Origin: Chlorokybus atmophyticus
Taxonomy: Eukaryota > Plantae > Mesostigma and Chlorokybus algae
Length of the DNA: 64,000 nt
Reading direction: 5' to 3'
Assembly: GCA_009103225.1 (NCBI GenBank)
Contig: RHPI01002264.1
Coordinates: forward strand, 204,576-268,575
Notes under the pieces: model-generated
What the model saw: the letters and a program-made list of their open reading frames with translations, nothing else
Database searches by the model: none
What the model was told of the DNA's origin: nothing
Shown: positions 55,487 to 64,000 of the stretch, piece after piece
Numbering within the stretch: the stretch's first letter is position 1
How the letters are laid out: every line of letters begins with the position of its first letter
Program-made: the position numbers and the translations under genes

Positions 55487-55569
55487 ACGTTGAGCCCTTC
55501 CTCAAGTACCTGCAAGTGCAGCGTACACAAAAGGTTGCACTTGCAGGTACATGAGGAAGGGCTCAACGT
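55487..55569. repeat. 83-bp hairpin: 34-bp arms (1 mismatch), 15-nt loop
   Basis: ACGTTGAGCCCTTCCTCAAGTACCTGCAAGTGCA ... TGCACTTGCAGGTACATGAGGAAGGGCTCAACGT. Confidence 0.9.
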
Positions 55570-56326
55570 ACTATACAATGCACCGAACGCACAACGCACG
55601 TGCCGTACATGTATGTCCTCAACCTGAAAGGCTCTTCCTTAAGTACAATATAAGCAATAGTTTCAACAAGTTTTAACAAGTCCGAAGGGCAACCCGCACA
55701 CCTATACACACTGTTTCATTGGTCTTGCTGGTGCTTCATCTAGTGGCGAAGCTGTTCTAATCTTTCGTCAATCAAACATCGCTTTAAGCTTAATTGCGAA
55801 GTAAGCTTACACATGCAACCTCCGTCACATGTGCTTACAAGCTCAATGCTGCAGCAAGTTTTTATATATGGCAAGCTTCTGGACTAAGTCCTTGTCGATG
55901 CTGCTCCACCTCAAGTACAATGCATTGCATACCGCACGTGCATTGTGTAGATACACCTAGGCGGTAAAGTCTACCCCTATTACAAGAATTACATTTATCC
56001 TTAGATTTGTATTCCACTAACGGGGTTATTCTCTTTACGCTTACATGAATATATACTTCGTCACCATTATAAGAAACATTTGTTCTATTATTGTGGGCAT
56101 TGACCAATAACCCCAAGCCACGTCGTCATATGCTGACGTGGAACATAAGAAAATCAAATGCACTCTTATTATAAATCATATTGTGAGTGACTTTTATCGT
56201 TTAAAGACATGTTTATGTTAATAACAATAGGCTATTAATGCTGTTAACGAGGTATTCCCTTGTTACAAGACTAAGACCACTTAAAGTTTCTTGCCCTTTC
56301 TTTCTTGTTTGTATAATGTATAAGAC

Positions 56327-56998
56327 TGTAACAGTCAAGGCCAAATTCTGTGATTTTCATGGCCGTTTTAGGCCTTATTTGTAACGTACATGTTTTTAAT
56401 GACTTGTGGCGGATATCGGCGAGTTATGAGTCTGCCGCGGATATCGACCGGGGCCCCAAGACCAGTCCGGAAGGTGCCAGAAAACGGAGGGCCAGTCGAG
56501 AAGGGCTCGACCAGATTTCTGGAAGGGCCTGGCGCCAAGTAGTATAACTTGACCATATGAGCAGCAAATTAGGAGATCTTTGGTGCGTTGGAAAGGTCTA
56601 GAAGTGTACTACAAAATTCTGCAAGAATATCTTAGCTTCTAGTTCCGTCTAGCGCTAGAATCGTCTAGACAGTAGCATGTGCAGACTGGTAGGTATAAAA
56701 GTGACATTCTACAATTTGCAATACAACCTTTAGCTCCCTAGTTTCTGGTGTGCAAGCTTGGTGGTGGTTAGCATAGGTTGCTAGCGTGTGTCCACTGGTG
56801 TGTGCTTGCTTGTGTGACGATCCAAGGCGCTACACGAGTCGGTGTGTAGCTTCGAGCGCATGTGCGTGCGTACGCGAGTGGCGGGGCGCGCGTGTGTGCT
56901 TGGCAGAGGGGGCAAGGTTCCGGTGTGAATACCGTGTCTTGGTGAGAGGGTTGTTGATTGGACCAACTCACAGGTGACAAGGCACGAGCACCGTCACA
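56327..56998 (+). mobile_element. Solo LTR (672 bp) with 5-bp TSD
   Basis: TGTAAC...GTCACA termini, with an AAGAC duplication at 56322-56326 and 56999-57003, and an internal TATAAAA near 56694. Strand is inferred from the TATA only. Confidence 0.85.
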
Positions 56999-59900
56999 AA
57001 GACCATTCATTAACCGATGCTATTTGCTTGTAAAACAATTGGTCTTTGGTAAAGCTGTGATCGAACGGGGTCATTCTCTTAAATCGAAGTCTTATAACGG
57101 AGGTAAATTTTACATTTAAGGCCCTACCAAAGAGCACTTTGTGTACTCATGTACGTTACACGCATGCGTGAGGAAGGCAGGGGTGGCAGTGGTAGGGTAA
57201 AGGGCACATTCATGGTCTTTACACCCACTTGATAGGACTTTGTTGTCGACCTTTCGTATGTATATATTTCTTATGGCCCTTTATATTGGAAGTGCAAAAC
57301 TGATTTCTATTTGGGTTTTAGCACTAGTCACATAACAAGCGAGTTACAGCCTCTACCTTTGGGTAGGCTATCGAAAGTTGCAATGATGGCAGCTCACCTC
57401 ATAAAATCATAAATCGCATTATCGTAACATGATTTTTTCACGCGAGTATTTTATCGAATGATAATGTTTATAGACGACGTGACGCACTTATGCATGAGAC
57501 AATTTATGCAATCATAAAACCCAGTTTATTCCATAAAAACCTGGTTTACTTGCAGTCTTAATGAAATAGTGTGCGCGCGTTGCACTGTGCCAAATTGGGT
57601 ATTACCAATATTTCGATGTCATCGGCTAGCGAGTTTACGACTTTCGTCATACGCATGTGCCGTAGAGTTAGGGCCCATTTATAATTGACTGCGCTTCAAC
57701 CCATTTTAATGATGGAGCACAGTGTAGAAGGCTGTACAACGTGTCGAAGGCTTAAAAGCTTGGAGCGCATGCATGGCGCACATGCGTGGCCGAAACAAGT
57801 TGTTTAAACCAAGATATTGCTCACCTGGTCTAATGAATATAAAACGATAAGAACGATAAGAGTGAAGCAGTTTTGCGTCGCTTGCGTCGCTGCAGTGAAC
57901 TATCCTTAAACGGAAAGTTAAGTGGAATAAATACAATAAGTCCAACAATGGTGTCCGCAATGGTTGTTTGCATTTGCGCGTGAGTAGCCCAACAAACATA
58001 CAATCTTGCATACGCAATTGCTTCTTGCTCATGTGCGCGTATGTGCGCGTGACTTTAACTACTACAGTAAGTAAGCGCACTGCGTAATGCACATCACAAA
58101 TTTTCGTTGAACCCATGTGAGGGCGGCTACACAACAGCAAGCGACATGTGAGGATGTATGTTGAGCTAATGTTAATGCCAATATTGCTCAAGGGTAAGCC
58201 ATTAGCAAAAGCTAACCATGATTGCCACATTGTGCGAGCAGAATAGCACAAGATTCTGCAAGAATATCTTAGCTTCTAGCCAACATTGCTCAATTGCAAC
58301 TGTCACCCTTTGGCGGAGTGGTAGTGGTTTTTATGGCATGTCAGCAATCCACTCCTCGTGAGAGTATTGTCCTCTGCCCCCGCCGCATATCAAGCTCTGA
58401 AGTTTGCATCATGTTGGTCGCATTTGGGTCACCCAATAATTAACCTATTATAATAGGGATCATAAAACACGTGATAGCACAATAAAATGACCGACTTTCG
58501 CGTGCTGCCACATAGGTCTCCGCGCATGTTTGTAGAATTTCAACACCAATTGGTATGTGCGAATGATTGTATATACGACACACACAGAGTATACGGTCTC
58601 AATTTCATGCATGATAGGCCATGTGCGAGACTGCTCGGGTCGGACTCGTCCCCGCAATTGCGATCACACATATTAGCAACCCACTCCACACTCCCGCAAC
58701 ACTTTCAATAGAAGTATGGAAGACATAGTCAAAGCCGCTGACACACAATAGGGAATGGAATTGGGTAGAATGTGTACCAAAAGGAGGGTATGCTGCTGTA
58801 CCAGCATGCATGGTGTAAAGCATACAGCACTTGCAGCCAGCCGCCACTCCTATCATTAAGCCACCTCCGGACTGCGGCTCACTACCACGTGCACGTCAAA
58901 ACTACCTGCCCCATCATGCATGCATGCATGGTCAGGTTGATCACTACGGTCATCATGGAGGCTGCTCAATGCGTGTTGTACGATGCACAGTGTGAAATTG
59001 TGTACTATGATATCACCGCAAATAGCAAGTTGAGTGGGTTTGTTACTACATGCCATATGTTAGTGCAGTGTCTGAAGAAGCATGCAGTAATATTCCTTCC
59101 AGCGATTGAGTGCACAGTCAGATGCGTAAAGCATGCCTCACAACAATAGCGACATGCACATCTTGCAGCATGTGTAGTAGCTGTGCGCACACGCAATCCT
59201 GAATGAACGACGAATGTTCCACATCACGACACGACAGGTTGCAAAAGCCGCTTGTGCTGACAACGCAGGCTGCGGTGTCAGCAGGGCTGGGGTTGGGGTG
59301 AACTACCATGGATGCAAACCAATGAACCCAGCACCAGGCAATGCAACAGACTACGTACGGGCACGGCGGCACCTTGCCCAAACAACAACAACAACAACAA
59401 CAACAACGACAAGGCAGCAGTCATACCCTGCCGTTGCGCTACCAAGCCAGCAGGAGCATGCATCAGGTCAAGGGGTCATCGGCATGGAAGGAGAGCAGCA
59501 AGCAACGAGCACCCGCAAGCGTAGTAAGCCAGGGTCGCCATCGCCGCCGCCGCCGCCGCCGCCGCCGCTCCATCGCCACAGATAGTGACCGCTGTGGTCT
59601 GCCGGCTCGCTAAGTGCTCGGGATGGCCGGAGGTGGCGGAGGTGGTGAGCGGCGACGCCTGGATGGTCAGGGGGAGGTTGCTGCTGCTGGTGAGCGTGGA
59701 GGAGAAGGAGGAGAACCTGATGCGAGCCGACCGCCGCCTCCCCGGTCTCAGACAGCTTCTTCTTCGTCGGGCTGGCCGACTGCCAACAACAGAACCACCA
59801 GCAGCAGCAGCCTGGCTCAGGAGTGGCGCTACGCCATGCGCGCTTACGCCCACATGCAGGTGAAGTAGTAGTAAAAGTGCGTATAGATAGAGGTATTCAG

Positions 59901-62085
59901 TGTCATGCCCACCAGAGCAAACTACCTACCACCTACTCGAGTGTTGGCTTGCCCATTCGGTCCTGGTTGCTTGTGTGCTTCTTCATTGCCTGCTCGCGCG
60001 TCCTTGTCTCCGTACGGTGCAGCTTATATTATACTACTTGATTAGTACGGCCAGCTTGCTACGGCGCTAGCTCAAGCAGTACGCAGTTGCGATAAGCGCA
60101 ATAGCAAAGAAGATGCATGCCAACATGTAAGCGACCACCGGTTGCTTGCAGGCTTCCTACCCGTGGATTGCAACTTGCAATTGATTCTTTGCGCGCTTGC
60201 TTTCATAGAACGCAACTACTTGCCAGTGTGAACGGGCGTGCCAGTCGCAACTGTTTGGTATGTCATAATCTGTGAATATGCACCTACGGCAAGCATACGT
60301 GCGTTTATGAGGCTGTTATTCTACGCAGCTGTACTTTGCTGGTGGTGAGCTCCGCATGCTAGTATGCTTCACTAACACTGCAGAGTGCTCCACTGCTGCT
60401 AATCGTACTCGACATCAGCACGCTGCTTGACCTTTTAACTGGGTTGGTATTTATATATATATCTGGTGTGTTGCTGATGGCTGCGCATCGGACCGCAGAG
60501 CTATGCATGGGGCGGTTTCTTGGGAGTTGGTGCCGCCTGCTATCTCATAGGCATATACTTTAGAGGGGAGCCATTTGGCTGGCCACTTGTTCAAAGGGAG
60601 ACCAATAACACCAAGCGCACCGACTGAAGGTGGCCATATCATGTGTATGTCTGTGCATACTTTACATGTGCATATTCGCAAAGTTGACACGCACGGTCAA
60701 GTAGGCAGTCCAGTCCATCAACAGTAATGGGGCACAGGACTATGTCCAATTCAAGAATTGGTGTGCACTTAGACATAGATGCTTGCTACGCTCAAGTAAG
60801 CACATTGATGGCACCTCCCCTGGCCTTCATGCAAATATCACTCTCAATATTGCTTGCAGGTGGCGCAAGTGCGCCTGAGCATTGATCCAGCTGAGCCCGT
60901 AGGTGGGTTGTTTGGTTGCCGCTCAGTGCGCATTGCTCTATCAGTGTTGTTGCAGGAAACGAAAGTTCACTACTTGTCATGTGTGTTGGCAGTGCAGCAG
61001 TAGCAGGCTCAATTGCACTCAACTACCCTGCTCGTGCCGCGTCATGCGGCACATGCGAGTGCAGGTAGTTTAGGAAGTACGTTGGTAGTGTTGTGCGTTG
61101 CTGTTGTGTGTGCGGACCTCTCTGCTGTCAACAGCTGTTGACGCTTTTTGGGTCCATGAAGTGTTGTTGTGGTGCTCACTCAAACACGACGATTTGTTGC
61201 AGGAAGCGCTGGAAAAGGTGCTGGTTGGGTGGTGTGGAGTTTGGTTCGTTTTCTGATAGGTTGATTTGCGATCACTAGTATTGCCCGCACCTGAGAGCCG
61301 TCATAGATGGAGAGCCAGGCACAACAGAGCGAGAGCAGGGGACGGTTTACTGGAAAGATATCGTTGGGTGCGTCCTTGTCCGCTGTTTTGTCAAGCACTG
61401 AGCAACAGTACTGCTTGGTTTAGTAGGGCAAGCGCATCTGCTACCAACTGGTTGGATTAACCAGCAGTGAGTCCATTGCACAGAGCTTGATAATTCTCCA
61501 TACGTGTGCTCGTCCATGTGTGCACCTCCTGTTGGGTAATCATGCCGTTTGTAGGGCCAAGCAACCAACGCAAGTGTTTCAAGAAGTCCCGCTGCAAAGA
61601 CGCTGGAGTTTCCTTCCGACATGCACAGTCCCTTTTTTTCAGCAAAGAAGTAATTAAGCCCTGGTCTGGTAGCAACGGCATTGAGCGCTTATAGAAGATG
61701 ATGATTGTGGCAGTCAGCAATCATACACCTGTTGCTGTTGACTCGGTGAATGTCAGCGTTGCTCAGAAGTTGGGCGCGGCGGATGGCATGACCATCCCAT
61801 GGCTGTATCAACAGGACGCAGTGACCTTGCCGATGAGATTGTTTGCAAGTAAGAGATCTGGATGTGGCGGAGCATCAGCGGCTGTACGAGCAACTTACGC
61901 ACAATGCCGCGCCATCAGCAGGTGCGTTGCCAAAAGCACATGGCAAGTCCCCGAAAATGGAGCAACCTGCATTCAGTGGCATCGTTCTTTAGCACACCGC
62001 TGAAGATACTGGTGGTGTAGAGCTATTTTTTACGAATTCAAGTGTGATTTTGTGTGTGAGCGCGTGCCTAGTTGCACAAAGCACT

Positions 62086-62358
62086 TCAGAGGTATGTTAG
62101 TAGATGAGTGCTTGTGCTTGTGCTTGTCAGGCACTTCAGATCGTCACATTATTGCTATCGAGCCATATGAACGGTGACTTGTTGTTGTTGACATGGTATG
62201 GTTGCTTTGTGACGTGAGCAAGTGTCAGAGGTATGATAGTAGATGAGTGCTACTTGACTCTTGTTACTTTAGATCGTCACATTACCACTATCAAGCCATA
62301 TCAACGTGACTTGTTGTTGTTGACATGGTGTTGCTTTGTAACGTGAGCAGGTGTCACA
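62086..62358. repeat. Two tandem ~140-bp direct repeats
   Basis: Units begin TCAGAGGTATG.TAGTAGATGAGTGC and end GTGACTTGTTGTTGTTGACATGGT..GCTTTGT.ACGTGAGCA. Confidence 0.8.
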
Positions 62359-62406
62359 TTGCAATTAACATATAGGGTTATGACTTGGTATGACCTGTAG
62401 GGAGAG

Positions 62407-63914
62407 TCACGACACTGCTAGCATGTTGAAGTTATGGACGAGCTCTGCTGCAGTTGGCCGCATGGGCGCTTGCCCCGTACACCGTACTGCCATAATCATC
62501 ACAACGGTGAACGCCTTCATGTCCACTGTGCCAACCATCAGCGGATCCACTAGCTTGGCCGCGTTAGCCTTCTCCACCTTGCCTGTCACCTGTCCCACAG
62601 CACGCGCATGTGCGCATGCGTGCGTGGTATACCGTCCACTATGGGTACATGCATGCGTCATAACATGATACTGCTAATGCATGCAATCCATGATGCTGTG
62701 AATGAGGAGAGAATCATATGAGCAACACGTATCCATTGTAGGAGGTGTTGCTCGCCGGATGGTCTCGTATCATCAAATGGCTTTCTAGCAGTCAACACCT
62801 GCATCATCATCACGCCAAAGCTGCTGATATATCGCTCTCCCGCGTTCCCTTTCCACTCGCCGCACACCTGTGCAAACAGCAATGTCAACCCTTTCAAGAC
62901 ACCCAGAGACAGAGAAACTGCCACCGCATGTGCGTGCCTGCCCTACGCAAACACAAGTGCGCTCACTCCGGGCTGATATATCCAAATGTCCCACAATGCG
63001 CGTGCTCTGATTCCCTTCCAAGCGCTTAGCCAAGCCAAAGTCCGCAATCTGTCACACGAGGTGAGCCTTGTCTGAGTTTCAAACCAACATGTTATCGCTC
63101 CTCACAGTCGCTCTCACCCTGAGTGCGAGGTTTGCGTCCAGCAGCACGTTGTTGGGCTTGAGGTCGCGATGCACTACGGGAGGGTTGTGTGTGTGTAAGT
63201 ACTCCAGCCCGCGTGCAATGCCAGTCAGAATGCTCAGCCTTCCTGCCCAGGACAACGCCTTGGAAGCATCTGCACAGGAGAAGTGTTGGAGTGCATGGGG
63301 TCTATGGTAAAGAATAACATTTGTCATAAGCACATTACCTTGCACTTCCAAGTGGCTGTTGAGGCTCCCACCCACCACCAGTTCCATGATAAGATAGATT
63401 GAGGGGAAGGATTCATAGTCACTGCGATCAAGCGCATTATCAACGTCAAAGCCAACTCCTGTACAGTGCACAGTCAACGCGTCCCTGTCTGGAGCTGAAG
63501 TCACTGTAGAAGCAGCCCTGAGCTGCAGCTGTCAATGTAAACACTCACGCTTGTATGGTAAGGATGTTGGGATGCTGCATGCCGCGCAGTGCATTGACTT
63601 CTGCCATGAGATCCGCTTTGGCAAAGGCGCCGCCTGTGCGTGTGTCCACAACCTTCACCGCCGCTTGACGCTGCAACATTCATTCAACACATGTATGTTG
63701 GCTACTGCTGCAGCATATCATCTCCTGGCCAGATGTACATGTACATGTATATGCTATCGCCTACCAATCAGGAAACACTGCACGGTAAACAGACCCAAAC
63801 GAGCCCGCACCGAGGAAGCGGCTGGCAGCAAAGTTGTCTGTGGCAGCAGCAAGCACCTCTGGCGAGAGCGCCAAGCTGAAGCCACCTACGTTGGCATCAT
63901 TGGCATCACCCAGG
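62407..63914 (-). pseudogene. RLK/Pelle-family protein kinase domain (3' part; 5' end beyond window), with frameshifts
   Basis: LAAATDNFAASRFLGAGSFGSVYR | AVKVV..E..HPNI | LIMELVVGGSL..L | LSWAGRLSILTGIARGLEYLH..PPVVHRDLKPNNVLLD | IADFGLAK..TRIVG(T)FGYISPE | SDI(Y)SFGV..LTARKPFD..RP.GEQHLLQW | LVDP..RP. Frame breaks near 62980 and 62825. Confidence 0.88.
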
Positions 63915-63923
63915 ACTGGTTGG

Positions 63924-63924
<1 letters not shown>

Positions 63925-64000
<76 letters not shown>
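63925..64000. repeat. (AG)n microsatellite running off the window edge (CT tract of an RLK intron)
   Basis: Directly visible. It abuts the predicted acceptor at 63915-63917. Confidence 0.9.

Noticed and set aside
57100-58260. AT-rich segment with a 181-aa ORF and possible Harbinger-like ends
   Set aside because: No recognisable transposase motif and no convincing TIR/TSD pair.
59486-62000. Possible decayed + strand gene (Pro/Gly-rich first exon and scattered exon-like blocks)
   Set aside because: Fragments could not be joined into a coherent model or assigned to a family.

Overview
This is eukaryotic green-plant-lineage DNA, most likely a streptophyte alga. That is inferred from an RLK/Pelle kinase, a DM13-DOMON-cytochrome b561 gene, a class III-type formin, plant telo-boxes, and a YR retrotransposon, a group known from green algae but not angiosperms. 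The first ~12 kb holds three apparently intact spliced genes: RPS20 (-) head-to-head with an MCRS1-like FHA gene (+), and a ~1,900-aa RhoGAP-FH1-FH2 formin (-). The remaining ~52 kb is mostly decayed mobile DNA and pseudogenes. It includes a 600-bp CACTA MITE with a TAA TSD and HSP70 fragments flanked by palindromic subterminal-type motifs. A CACTA TnpD transposase and a divergently oriented Tnp1-like gene are separated by a perfect 74-bp palindrome. A 7.6-kb PAT/kangaroo-like YR retrotransposon has split direct repeats and an antisense YR. A triple-DM13/DOMON/cytochrome b561 pseudogene has one intron carrying a gag-(unknown ORF)-PHD element with a nested Copia. A solo LTR with a 5-bp TSD and a frameshifted RLK/Pelle kinase follow. 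No rRNA, tRNA or CRISPR array was recognised. All domain calls come from motif recognition by eye; no database searches were run.
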